This document shows, piece after piece, positions 38,901 through 51,894 of a DNA stretch of 64,000 nt. The notes beneath the pieces were generated by a model that did not search any database, was not told where the DNA came from, and was given only the letters and a program-made list of their open reading frames with translations. Made by a program: the position numbers and the translations under genes. Each line of letters starts with the position of its first letter. Within the stretch, counting starts at the first letter, position 1. Location of the stretch: the NCBI RefSeq assembly GCF_000315625.1, contig NW_005434616.1, positions 1 through 64,000 of the forward strand, in the 5' to 3' direction. The stretch comes from Guillardia theta CCMP2712 (taxonomy: Eukaryota > Protista > Cryptophyta).

Positions 38901-41900
38901 CTCAACTGAATTCTTGGCCTGCACCCAACACAGCTCACAGCACTACTCTGTATTTGCCACCAAATTCACTGCAATCTGGTTATAGCTATGCGATGAGGCT
39001 CAAGTTAGGTGTCAATGCCTCAAATCAGGGCATGGTGTACAGCGACATTCGGATTCGTGTTCTCCCTAGTAACATTTATGCTGTGATAGAGGGAGGAAAC
39101 AGGACTTTGTCTTCTCGGAGCGACCTGGTGTTGAATGCTACTGGCAGTGTTGATCCAGACGAAGAACCATACCCATTTTTGTATTTCTGGACTTGTCTTT
39201 CGCAACCATGCTTTGATGATCCGGAAGGAATCCTGTTGCAAAATAGTGCAATTGTCATAATTCCAGCTGCCAAACTTGTCGCTGGAAGGAATCTCACTTT
39301 TAGTTTGCAATTGATTAAGGATCCTGGTCCAAGAACAAGCGAGGTCTCTGTTACTATTTTCATCATCCCTGAGCAGATTCCAGAGATTCTACTCTCAACA
39401 AATGCTCTTCCATACTCTTTGATGAGTCCTGACAATCGATTGGTATTGACATCAAGGGTATTGACATTCGCGAATGAAAGTTGCAAACCATCTTATGAAT
39501 GGTCGTTGCTCTCTGGTGATATTGATCTGCTGCAGCCTGAAGTGAGAACTACAAGCTTATTTTCTCCAAACCTGGTCATTCGTCCGAATGTTCTTGTACA
39601 GGGTCAGGATTATGTCTTTGAGCTCAGAGTAACTTGCGCCTCGGGATCCTCCGGTACATCGAGGATCGCATTGTTGGTAAGGGAGCCTCCCAGAGGTGGG
39701 ATCTTCACTGTATCTCCCACGAGTGGATTCTCTTTGTATACCTACTTTTTACTGAAAGCAATCGGATGGTTGGACTCTTCTGATGAATTCCCCCTGAAGT
39801 ATTCTTATCGAATAAAATCTGGGCAGACTGAAATTCAGCTGAGCAGTTCAATTTCAGATAACCAGCTTCGAACAACCGTTCCAGCATTGCAACTCAACGT
39901 CTCAGACTCTATGTATGAAGCCTACGTAGTGGTTTGCGACCTGGGTCAATCTTGTGTTGACTCAAAGACCGTTCCGATTCAAGTGTTGAACAATGGAAAC
40001 GAAGCCAAGTACTCAGAATATTTAGACAGCTTCATAAGATCAGCTGCAAACACAGGAAACTCTGAAGGTGTAGTCGTCAACTCATTGAATCTGTTGTACC
40101 TCATGCAACAGCAGGGGATAGCGCCTACAAGAAGAGCAAGTACCACTTGGCAATCAAACGTAGAATATACGATGGATATTTTGAAAATCCTCAATAACAC
40201 ATACTATCAGACAGCTGGATCATACACATTCATAACTTTTATCAGCGCTCCAATTCTTCAAGCGTCCATAATGGATGATCCTACCTTGACTGAAGTTCAC
40301 TTATTCGCCATGAGTATTATATCTGGCCTTGTGAACGGCTCAGATGCTCTTGAAATCATTCAAGATGTTGCTGCTGAAAATCTGTTTGACGCCATGTCGG
40401 GGATCGTCCAGAAGATGAGGAAAGATGTGAGTAAGGTGGACGCTCTTTTCAACAACACGTTGCTGCTGGTTGAGGACTCAGCCCTCCGACTGGGATCAAC
40501 GATGTTGATTGGCCATGTTCCGTATGAAAATACCCTTGAACTGACTTCAAGTGAAATCTTGCTGGTGTTGAAACGATTGGCTCGTGAGCAAATGGACTTG
40601 ATACCAACTATCTCTTCTCCAAATTGCTTTGAAGGGACTTGCACATCCCTTCAATTGTCACCATCGATCCCTGGTATCACTATAGATATACATCTTCTTG
40701 TTTGGAATGGAATTTTCCATCCCCTTTTGAAAGGAACCAGCATATCGAATCAGACAAGTGTACAAGTGACTGAAAACAGGCTGCTGAGAAATATTCCATA
40801 TGTACAGATCCCGGTGCAAATTTCGCTGCCGATCCTTGGGATCTCGGATTCTGTCGCTGAAAATGTTCCTACGTGCCGTTTCTGGGCGTTAGAATCTCAC
40901 GGCTGGTCGTCAAGAGGTTGCATGGGATATATGGACTCAGCCAATGTACTTGTCTGTTCATGTTTCCACTTGACTGATTTCTCAGCGATTCTATTTCCGA
41001 CCAGGCAACCAGACCTTCCGAATTATGGCAAGCTATCACTTTCACCATTCCGGAACACGTCGCAATACTCCCTCATCCCTTTTATGATCGTCAGCTCCAT
41101 CGTCTTCCTCGCATTTTGGGCTGCACTTTACGGCTATATCTTGGACGCCTACGCACTCAAGAGGAGATCCCCGGCTTTGAAACGATCACTATTTGAGAGG
41201 GGTTATCTGCACTCTGAAGTCTTGAAGAGCGGAGCTAGATCCTCATCTCTTTTCTTTGAACTTTGGAAGAGAAAGATGGTTCAGTTGTTTGCCACACAAC
41301 ATGGCATCATGTGTCTGTTCTGGAATCACCCGAGTGAAATGATTGATCGACCTGCCAAATTTTCATGTCTGTTCGTTTATGTCCTCAGTACCTTGATACT
41401 CAACGTCATCTTGTTTGAGCAAGTCGGCTTCTTGGATCAACAATTCTTATCGGTAGGACTTTTGACCGGGTTTGCTCTAATCCCTGTGTACCCGATTCTG
41501 TCTGGAATTTTCAAAGTTTCATTGAGAACGAAGCGGAAGGACAAAAAGTCTGCGAAAAAGCGACATGGAAACAAAGTTTTCACTCAAGAGCCAAAAATAC
41601 GTAAACCACGCATTGAAGTCGCTGCAAACATCGAAAGTTTCGACAATGGCAAAAAGCTTGAACCCATGGATTCTACAGGAGAAAATTTACCGCCAAGGCG
41701 GAAGGAAGCTCAAGCGAGTCTAAAGTCCTTGACGATCCCTGGAATACCCGAGAGGAGAGGAATACGAACACCTGAGGTAGACATGATGTTTTTGAATTTT
41801 AGCTTCTAATCCTTTCTCTTCAGGAATTCGCCATCTCGAGACCAAAAGCATCTACAACAAGTATACAGGCGCTCAGCGGGGCGCTCCAACGGCCGCCTTC

Positions 41901-42942
41901 GCTTCCTCCCATTCGAAGTGCATTCGAATCACAGGTAGCAGAACGAGAAGAAGGAAATCAACCCAAGCGCGAAGCTAAGAAAAGAAAACGAACATCGAGG
42001 CGGTCGGCCCTTCCAAGGAGATTCTATTACTTGCTATATGTTCCAGTGGTCACCATCTACGCGCTGTCAATATTTACATCTCTTGTGATCGGATCATCCA
42101 TGCAGGAAGTCACTGTAAAAGCTTGGATCTACGCCACAGTAGTATCTTTGCTCTTTGAATTTTTGATTGCTGAGCCTGCTTGGCTGTGTTCTGTTGCATT
42201 CATTTACGCAAGGGCGAGAATACTTCAAGCGACTCAAGTCATGAATCGCCATCGATTGAACCCTCGAATATTCGCAGAGGATGTGCATGCACGGGTGGAA
42301 CCGACCCAACAGTCGCCGGAGAAACAAGAGCAAGAGCTCACTCGAGCGGAAGAAGATAGAGGTTTTGAACATGCTCCTTCACTTTCACCTGTGGAAGCAA
42401 AAAGCAGTCCAGATCGCTTCTCTCCTTCTCTCAGTGGCTTCGACGAGAGTCTGGGAAGAGTGGTTCAGTCGCTCTTGAATCGCTCTGAAAATGGCACGAT
42501 AACTTACGAGTTCTTTGAGGCCGCTCTTACTGAAAATGATCTCTCGATTGATAGTACATCAGCAAAATCTCTATGGAAGAAATTTGCCTCAGAGAAAGTT
42601 GATGTAGCGCATGTTTCAGATCTTATACAAGCACTCTCCTCTCGGCAGTCAGATCAATTGCTTTTCCGATTGTTTTCATCGTGCATGAACATGGATATCA
42701 GACAATGCTTATTGAATGATTTGAAGCAGAAATTATCAGGATTCATGCCCGAAGTTTACATCAGTACTTTGCTGAAGGATATCGATTTTGACGGTGATGG
42801 CTACGTCAGTTACGACGAAGTCAGGACAGGATACTCAAGTTTGCTTTGGTTTATTCAAACTTCCAACGAAGGTGAATCCGAATCTGAGATTGACGCACGA
42901 GTATTGGACCAGCTTAAATCAGCAGTAGATAGAATCGGATGA
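26912..42942 (+). CDS. Giant polycystin-1/PKDREJ-like receptor: signal peptide, IPT/TIG repeats, ~25 filamin-type Ig repeats, REJ, GAIN/GPS, 5 TM, C-terminal EF-hand
   Basis: 4652-aa ORF 27851-41809 joined by intron 41777-41823 in frame to 42031-42942. G.NFGP TIG motifs; D-x-F/Y-G-N...SPF filamin motifs; REJ motifs NATGSVDPD and PPRGG.F.VSP; GPS CRFW...WSSRGC...CSCFHLTDF; DIDFDGDGYVSYDE. The link to 26912-27730 is unresolved. Confidence 0.85.
27722..27930 (+). repeat. G-rich low-complexity tract (GGGACGGGGC-like units)
   Basis: Abrupt purine/G-rich segment inside AT-richer coding DNA. Confidence 0.8.
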
Positions 42943-43029
42943 TAGTAGCAGTAGCATATCGTCGTACACTTGTACAAATAAACTCATGATTTGTTATCTT
43001 TGTCCTCCGGCTCGACAACCTTCGCATGA

Positions 43030-43755
43030 TATCACAAACAACAAGTGAAAAAAGACCAAAGCACTTCGATCATCGATGGTCTCTGAGCTCCATGACCGGT
43101 ATCAGCCTGCATCATCTCTTTCACAACCAACCAGCAACTACAAGACCACCTGCTCATCTGCTACAGAACCTGTCTGCCCGAATGCTGGGTTGTCACTGAC
43201 ACCCGTAAACAAATCCTTCGAACGATTATTCTTCATCAAAGACACTCAAAAACAATCGATACCAGCTGTATGTATGGCTTCGACTCATCGACATCCTCGA
43301 TACATTCTTGATTGCTTGTCTGCAAGAGCCATGCACCAATCAAAAACTTCACAAACTCATATATTGGTATCTCCATTTACATCCTGCTGACCATCGTTGG
43401 CACGTTTCAGCTTGGGAATAAATTCGCTGAGTTTCTCGAGCACTTTGAAGATTGTCAGCATGCAAGCAACCTTTCATCGTATTCTTCGATTACAATTGCT
43501 CTTGCCAACAGGAAACGTTTTCAATTTTCTTGTGCTCTCGTCCAGAAAGCAACAGTCGGCTTGAACTCAAATGTAAGCTTTCAGATATCACACGACACCC
43601 CTACACATACGTATATGAGTGTCGTCTTTGTGCTCAATTTCAAGCAGATCTCTGCTCGCAATCGATCTTTGCTCGACGCTCTCTTCCTCACGTTCTGCTT
43701 GTGAGCGGTCCAAACGCTTGCGACGCTTTGTGGGTTGATCTTCATTGGAAGTCAT
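43030..43755 (-). CDS. NOPCHAP1/C12orf45 (DUF4598)-like protein; ends uncertain
   Basis: Spliced motifs VLEKLSEFIPKLKRAND and IEDVDESKPYIQL|DLFTGV resemble DUF4598; N-terminal NLS PTKRRKR. Confidence 0.62.
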
Positions 43756-43964
43756 CTAGTAGCCACCTTCACATTCAGATTGCCATTGAAGGAGATTGTA
43801 TTCGAGGAAATTATATCTTCTCAAGAACTAGCTTTATCATAAACACCACCATCATCACAGGAACTAAAACTCTGAGTCCATTACATGAGTTGACATCAAG
43901 GCAACAAAGAGTATAACTCTGAAAGCAACCATTATTATCAAATAATTTAGATGTCACCCTCCTG

Positions 43965-44091
43965 CTCATCATCATCATCCTCATCCTCATCATCATCCTC
44001 ATCCTCTTCCTCTTCCTCTTCCTCTTCCTCTTCCTCATCATCATCATCTTCATCATCATCCTCATCCTCATCCTCATCCTCATCCTCATCC

Positions 44092-44137
<46 letters not shown>

Positions 44138-44238
44138 CATCATCATCATCCTCATCCTCTTCCTCATCCTCATCATCATCATCCTCAGCATCATTATCCT
44201 CATCTTCATCTTCATCTTCTTCATCATCCTCATCATCG
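43965..44238. repeat. Compound trinucleotide repeat (TCA/TCC/TCT)n, ~90 units; poly-Asp/Glu on the minus strand
   Basis: Seen directly; unclear whether coding or intronic. Confidence 0.95.
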
Positions 44239-44900
44239 TACCTGCGGGCCGCGCAGTTCCTCTCAGTCCTTCGTACGACGCTGCATGTGCATTCGATGCG
44301 TCGACTTGTTGTCAGTATGCCTTCAGATCCGCCTCGGAAGCCATGTGCTAGACAGCTGCAGGACAGCTGTTTAATTACTGCCTGGTCTCTTAGCTTCAAG
44401 TGCACGCCAAAATTTGAATATCTCCTGCCAAGTTGAAGGGTCGAGGCCGCCTCCTACTTCCGGTTTTCTCCTTTTCCTCCTTGTTTGCTCCGGTTTGCAT
44501 TTCCATTTTCAGTCAATAAAAAGAACTTCCTAAGCGAAAGGCAGTTGGGCTCAGGCCCGGGGTTCAGGTTTAGAAAAACTCTGATCAACCCTAAACCGGT
44601 GACCCGTTTCCCCGCCTTCATACCCCTTGTTTTCATGATTGTGAACAAAATCATTGAATGGCACGATAGCGCCGCTGACGGACAAAACTTTGATAACTGA
44701 AATATGTGAAGAAATCAATAGGATTTTATAGGTGCTAGATACAGGCTTGGCGTTGCCTGGTCACAGAGGGAAGTTAAACCTCCGGACCCTTCTTTGAGGC
44801 TCATAACATGATATAGCTCAGTATGGTCCCCTACACTGCTCCTTGCATCTAGCCGGTGGCCACAGGCTAGTCGCGCATGTAACATGTAGAAATTTAATTC

Positions 44901-47900
44901 TCAGATGTCTGTACAAATTTTGGGTATAATACACAAGGGGCGGTGAGGTGACAGGAAAGCTGTTCCATTGTCCACGGCATCCCATTCTTCGTTCGGGTTC
45001 GCCTGTTCCAACACGTCGAAGTGAGTCAGAGGTCACGTGAAAACTCTTATAAGCTTTCGCACCTTTCGAAGCGACTCGGGGGAAGTTGCGAATTGCTTGA
45101 CCAGGATTGCACTGGTATCATATGGGGAAGGAGCATATAGCCCTCCTATCAGAACTTTTTGGCCACTGGGAATATAAGAGTTATGGTACGCATAAGTGCA
45201 TAATCTTCATACATATCTAACGATGCAGGATCGAGAATGTTGAGGTTGGTAGACCAGATTTGCAACCAGTTTGATCCTGAGCAAGGGTAAGCATAACAAC
45301 AGACAGGCCACACAAAGGCAGGCTCACCCCATTCAATAGCAAGCGATTCGAAAGAATCGTTTTGCTGTTTCCGTGTTACGGTTGAATTCACGAGAAAGCG
45401 CTCCTCTCATGATTTACCTGTATGCAATATATGCACTTGAGCACGTTCATTTGGAAGCAGAGACCAACAGAAACCGGCGTCTGAGTTGCTGCTCGGAAGC
45501 AAACCTTCAAAAAGAACATTAATCAACATGTAAATCATCCAGTCAGACTCAGTGATACCAGCGACTTCAAACCCCAATCGCTCTGGGCTGCTTTCCAAAG
45601 GAATCCAGTATGAACATCGGAGCACTTGATTGAGGAGTTGCTCTGTGGAACGCCCACAAGCAATTCCGACGAATGAAGGCACTCAAAACTCTCCATCTTG
45701 AATCCCTGGGGTGGCGGACGAGTTGCGTCGAGAATCAATTCTATGTCTAACACGAATGAAGACGAGATCTGTGATACAACCTTCAGGCAAACAAAGAAGT
45801 TTTCAAGACCTTTCCTCAGTTGCTCGCAATGATTGTTGCATCTGACAGCCAACGTATACATCTAGTTACAGTCCGTAAGAGGAAGATGTAGGAAATTTCG
45901 AACATGTTACCAAGAGCGATCGGTGGGAGGAAATAGAGTGGCCTGCTATCACTATTCAAGATGTCCTAATGACCATCGTTAATACGATTTCTTTCATCAG
46001 GAGGACCTTGACACAAAAAGATACCTGTCGCATTGACGTTGGGTCCGACTGAAATAGTTCGGTGTCCGAAGAGGGTGGTGGAAGTACAGCAACAGAAACG
46101 TTCCTATACCAACCCACTATCAGGCCTCTTATCAACAAATCTGACGATTTAAAAAAGAATCGAACCTTGCTGTCTGTGGGGTCATGCCATTTTTGATCTT
46201 CCACTTGAATTCATAGGTTACTCCTGCCAGTCTGAAATCATGACAGTCAATCAAACTTGTTGAGCAAATAGGAAGCATAATATTTACAGATGTGTTCCCC
46301 TTGGTATTACCAAACTAAGTGTCGCTCTTTCCGCATTCCATTTCGGGTAAGCCAACGCACAGTAGCTCTGCAACAAGATCCCCGTCAGTTTGTTTTCCAA
46401 GTACCCAGGTCTCATTGATCCCGACCTGCCACTGATCACCACATTCTGTAGCAGAGATGCCACTGGAAGGCTGGATATTTTGAAGGAAAATGTCTTCGAC
46501 CTGTTCATAACATTCTCACTTGGAGAGGCCGTTCAAGAATCAGGGCAAGTGAACAACCACAGCGCTGCAAGTAGAAACATTTGCAGGGTTTTGACACTGC
46601 GAGGTGAGTGAAGGACTTGATGGCGTCGCTATGCCATGCAATTCGGAGAAAGTGATTGTGTGACCTTTAAATGGCGGAAGGTCGGAACATAAGGACAAGC
46701 AGCGACTTTTCAAACGACTTACCGTAACCTATTGATGTCGTAGATCGTATCAAAAATGTTAACTCGCTGTGAACGAAGTCATCGCGACATTGGGAAGACA
46801 CCTCAAAATGGCTCACTTGATGCTGCCGGGAAAGGGATTGCTTTGACTAATGGTTGCCTCTTCCCACATCTCGATTCTGAAACATCCAGTCACACACGGC
46901 TTGTCTGTTAGATATTCAAGGTTGATCACGATAGAGGAGGATTTGTATTGCTATGCGAAATGGTTGTTGCTCCAAACCTAAAGATATCATGATGCCAAAC
47001 AAAGAGCACGAGGAAACAAACAATACCGTGAACACAACGAGTTGTAGTGTGGATCATAATTTTCTAGACAGTGGGCGATCCTCTGCTCAGGTGCAATAAT
47101 GACTGTTGAATTTTGCGTCGTAACAAGTTTTTCCCAGATATAAACAATCGGAGATTGCTGAAAAGATTGAATCAGAGCTATGGCAATCGTGCATGAAGGA
47201 CCTGTGTCCTTGTTGGATTCTTGACAGTCAGCTTGACGATCATGCTCTGGCATTCAAAACAGAATTTACAGCTTCAGGGCACTGGAGCAAAGTCACTAAC
47301 CTGCCCCACTGAAATTTCTTGAACAACTTGAATTTCAAGCTGCCCAGTGTTTCGATCCCACTTGAGATTGACAGCGAGACAGGGAGAAGGATCGCAATCA
47401 GCCGGCAGGTAGTACGAATCTGATGGCAAAGGGGCTGTGCCTATCCGCGACCAAGTCAACTACTGCAAGAGAAACATTAAAGGAACCTGTGAGGCCTATC
47501 ACAGTCACGAATGAGCCTATCCTGATTGGTATGGCCGCCATGAGCGACACTGTGATGATGTTGATGCTTCCTGGTTGATTGCTAACACTCGTCAATGATG
47601 AAGAACATGGAGCGAGCAAGTCTAGAAACCTCGTTTGTGAGATCGAGCTGGAGCTCCAGGCACTAATGTTCAGCGCAGCCATTTCTCCTTGAGGAGTGTC
47701 GACATATTCCCATCCTGCCTCATTGATCCCGACGATTACCTGTTATCACAAAGGATGTCGATCATTCCTCGAATGGGATGTGTACCGTTTCACCTTGGGA
47801 GCTGCTTGAGTGTGTATATCATTGATCACATCCATACTCCACCGCAGATCCTCTCCTGCTTCGACGTTCTGAGATGAAAACTCATGAAGAATCAGCATCA

Positions 47901-50900
47901 AAAAGAAGCTCACCGCTTTCAGCCTCATGGACAGGCTACCAATGTCAGATATCCACGAGATGCATTCGAAAACAGGCAAAAGCACGCGACTGAAATTTGA
48001 TTTGATTGATATCGAATTCACGTAGAACGGTCGACCTTCGCATGCTCCGGTAGTGACCAACTCAAAAGATGAAGAAAGGACCCCCCCGAGAGATACGTAC
48101 ATATCGTTCCCAATTCTTGGATTGCTGCCATGCCGCAGCAAGACGCCAAGTGATACTTGACTAGCAGCCAGCGTAGTCGTCACGACCAAGACAGCATCTT
48201 GTTTTGAATTCTCGAAAGTGACGAAACTGAGACCAGAGGTAGTTGTGGAGTTATCCAGAATTAGATTTGACTGTAAATTCATGTCTTGAAATCCTCTGAC
48301 CGTTATTCTCTGATTCGTCTCGAGAAAAACTTGAGAGGTGAAATTAAGTAGCAAAGTGAAGTCAGAATCTCTATCGGAGTTTGACTGCGAAGCGTAAATA
48401 CTATCCCAGACTCGTATTCTCAAAGGAGCCGAGTCTCCGCTTGCAGAGGCACAAGAGGTGAAATCTCCGTTGGTGATGCCCACAATGAGCATTGAGATGT
48501 TTTGACCGCGTTGCACTGTATCACCATTAACAACAGTAAATGACAAGGAGTATGTGAAGTTTGAAAATATCTTGGTTCCTGAGTTGATCGTAAACGATAG
48601 AATACCATTCGTGAAATTCTTGTAGCTGAAAACAGTACCCCGCACGGCAGAAAGATAGTTAAGAGAAGCATTTTTCACGATTCCATTCAAACCCTGCACC
48701 AAGACAGTATTGTACTCATCGAACTCCACTGAAGTTGTGAATTCAACGACGAGTGTATTTGCATGTAAAGGCTTGGAGGTACTTTGACGTGCGAGGCTGG
48801 AACTGATTGCAGAAATCAGGAGAAAGGTATTCACAGCAGAACCTGTAACTGAAATGTTGTGATCAAACGTCTCACGCTTGCTAGAGCAGATGAGAGTAGA
48901 TATCGCTTTACCACAGAATGGACCAGTATCATTGTACGTTCTGAGGGTCACAGTAGGAGCAGGCTGGGCTGTCAAGGAGTTTTGCACAGTGAAGACAAAA
49001 CGATAGATACGGTCATTGAGAAGAGAAAGGCTGAGGGGAAGCCGAATCAGAATCACTCCTGTGTTTTGATTCCAACTCACAGCCAACGACATAGAATACT
49101 TTGCTGGATCCTTCCCCATTTCATGCATCTTCACATATTTCTCTATTTGCGGGCACGTGTACAGGATGTTGATGTTGGAGTATTGAAAGTTGATCACACA
49201 GGATGGAGAGTTGCAACCCTGCGAAGTCATCTCGAAGAACAAAGAGACCGCATTTCCCTCCTTCCACAGAGAATCATCAAACTTCTCCTGAAAGAGAAGA
49301 GACAAGTCAAGAGAGAAGGCGATGCCAGTTGAGGTGGACGAAGTTAACTTCCACTCCACAAATTGGTCCGACTTTTTGAATGTGCTCACATTTTGAAAAA
49401 GCATGCTCAAAGGAGGGTTCACATGATTGATGGTGCGAATCCTGATGGTAAGGTTTTGCTGCAAGGCTTCTACAACCGTCAAACTAAGTAAAACCTTTTG
49501 AACACTTGCTTGATAAGGAATTTGAATGGATGGAAAGTAAATTGCAAGAGCGCTAGTCTGATTGCGCAAGTCAAAGAAGAGGTTGTTCCTTGTACATGAC
49601 GTTCCGCACAAAAAGAAAACAGGAACTCCTACAGGAACCGAGAAAGATTGCTGGACGTTCCACGAAGGATCCTTGTTACATACAACTCGTGTTCCAATCA
49701 GTCCAGCTATCTCAATTGTTTGATTCTCCGGCATGAAGTACTTTGGTTGAACATAAAACTCAAGCTGATTATAATTGGCGACCAGATTGCTCGAATGCTT
49801 GGTGTATTTGATTTTCCATGCACTGTCATTCGTTGCTGTCGAAGAACCTGTTGCCGAATTCATCGGTTCCACTGGCGAATTCTGGGTTGCACTCCCAGTG
49901 AGACCTGAGATAGTTATGCGAGTTCCAGCAGATAGATTCGTTTTCGGGCTGAACGCGAACCTGATATTGTTGACTGATGACGGGAGCGAACTGTTCTGTG
50001 AAACATTTTTCACTGCCCAATGTTGAGACTCAGAAATCAGCGAGCTGGAGTTTTGAGGTGGCACGGGAATTGAGGGTATCTGCCACTCTACGACGGGAGC
50101 AGGTACCAAAAAGACCGTACAGAAGATGTCGGAGGAGCGTTTCGATGCAGGACACAGTATCTGATCGTTATAGACAGAGAAGCAAATTCTCTTGTTTCGA
50201 CCAGCATTGTTCAGCCCACCACGAAATGTGATCTGGAGGAAAATCGAATCACTCACTGGTGCTGGAAAAGACCTGACTTACCTTGAACATCACCTCCGTG
50301 CAGTTCTGGTTACGATCTCGCACGATCGGAGAAAAAGAGCCAGAGACACATGCTGCTGGGCTGATCTCGATATCTCCTCCTGGTCCTAAAGAATTGTCTG
50401 TGAGCTTCAAGTCAAGAACCTGCGTCTGAGGATCATCTTTTGCGAGCGCTGTGAAGGTTGTGAAGTTCCCGGCCTGAACAACGTAGGAGGGCAGCAAGTC
50501 TCGTCCATCCTCGTCCTTGATCTGAAGCTGCGGGGTTGTGCATCGAATGACTGGAAGGAAATAGCAAGATGGATGTGACAGAGACACCAGGAAGTCTGGC
50601 ACGCTCAGGCTGCTGGTGAGTTGCTTGACTTGAAAGCAAGCAGCAAACGTGTCAAGGAGATGCCTTCCTGTGTAGGTGTACATCTTCTGCTCTTGGAGGC
50701 TCTCACAGGGAGGGTTCCACAAGAATTGGTACAGGAGTCCTTGCGTGTCTGGGATGACTTCGAGCTGGGGAAGGCGCTGGCCAAACCTCGACACGTTTTG
50801 AAAGGTCGGCAAGTAGTCTCTGTTGGTGACGTAGAAGTTGAGGGTCGGCTGCGAGAGGACGGCACGGACAACTACTGAATTCAGTTGATCGCAGATGAAA

Positions 50901-51829
50901 CTTTCTGCCGTCCTCGCGTATTGTAGCCCTGCCGGCAGGTCAGAAATTGAGAAACCCGCCGGTGTCGGACGGACACGGATGTAGAATTCCATTGTTGTGA
51001 AGATCACGTCGGTGGTCCATGCCCGCACAACGATGGAGTAGTACGACTCTCTGCTCAGACGCGGAACAAAGATAAGTCCGCTTGACGCATCCACAGTGAC
51101 ATCGTAAGGCGCTCCCTTCGTGGTAGATATACATGACATGGTATCTCCTCCGTAGTCAGAGTCTGTCCCAATCGCGAAGGTTACTTGCTGAGTGGGGTGA
51201 TAGGCAAAGAGCTGAATAGTGGTAGAGATGGCCAACGAGACGTTGACAATCGGAGTCTGAGCAAACAAAGCTGACTGGGTGTAGTCCGTACTGTTCAGTG
51301 AGACCAACGATGTTATCTTGTACATACAGCCTGCGCTGTTGTCTAGCCCGCTGATTGGTTTGCAGCAGCCTGAGAAGAAGATGTTATAGTTGTCAACCGT
51401 CCCGCCATCTGAGGGTGAGTATGTATGGTCGACTATGACCAGCGCAAACACGAGATCCTCAGCTTCATCGATCCCCCTTATCTCAGCAGAGAGGCACGAA
51501 CCGTCAGTCGCGCAGCTAGATGCAGAGGTCAGAGGAGATTGCGACTCGCCGAGGGAGTTCCCGTCTCCGAAGCTCAAGAACAGCTGCATGTTCTTATCCG
51601 TCACATTCGATCTTAGGTCCACAACGTCTCCTATCTTCGGTGCTCCTCTCAACAACCTCCACGAGGACAAGGGCCATGCAGTCGAAATAATGAATCGCAC
51701 GCTCCTTTCCTGACTTTGTCTCCACTGCAAGGTACCATATTTCATCCACAGCCCCGATCCATTGATTTCTGGCAGGAGCAACAAGAGAAACGCCAGCCAT
51801 CTCCACCATCCCACCGCGCGCTTCAGCAT
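44901..51829 (-). CDS. Large secreted protein: Sib/integrin-beta-like N-terminus, Ig-like repeats, two C-terminal LysM domains (could be two genes)
   Basis: Signal peptide, then MKYGTLQW, FGDG, HTY, FFSGCC. Repeats SQ..S.P...N.I......L..G..ITISGLTGS. C-terminus KCIYCIQ|QNDSFESLAIEWG|SNWLQIWSTN and DTSAILVKQFATSPESLRK|ANP...LCIIPKICTDI*. Confidence 0.72.
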
Positions 51830-51894
51830 GGTGCAGGCCAACGGACATCAAATCTTGACAATCAAATTCTTTTTTTTTTGACCCTTCTCTCGCC

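Noticed and set aside
43811-44436. Poly-Met and poly-Ser ORFs
   Set aside because: Alternative frames of the trinucleotide repeat.
44587-44595. Telo-box-like AACCCTAAA upstream of a ribosome-biogenesis gene
   Set aside because: Single imperfect 9-mer, compatible with chance.
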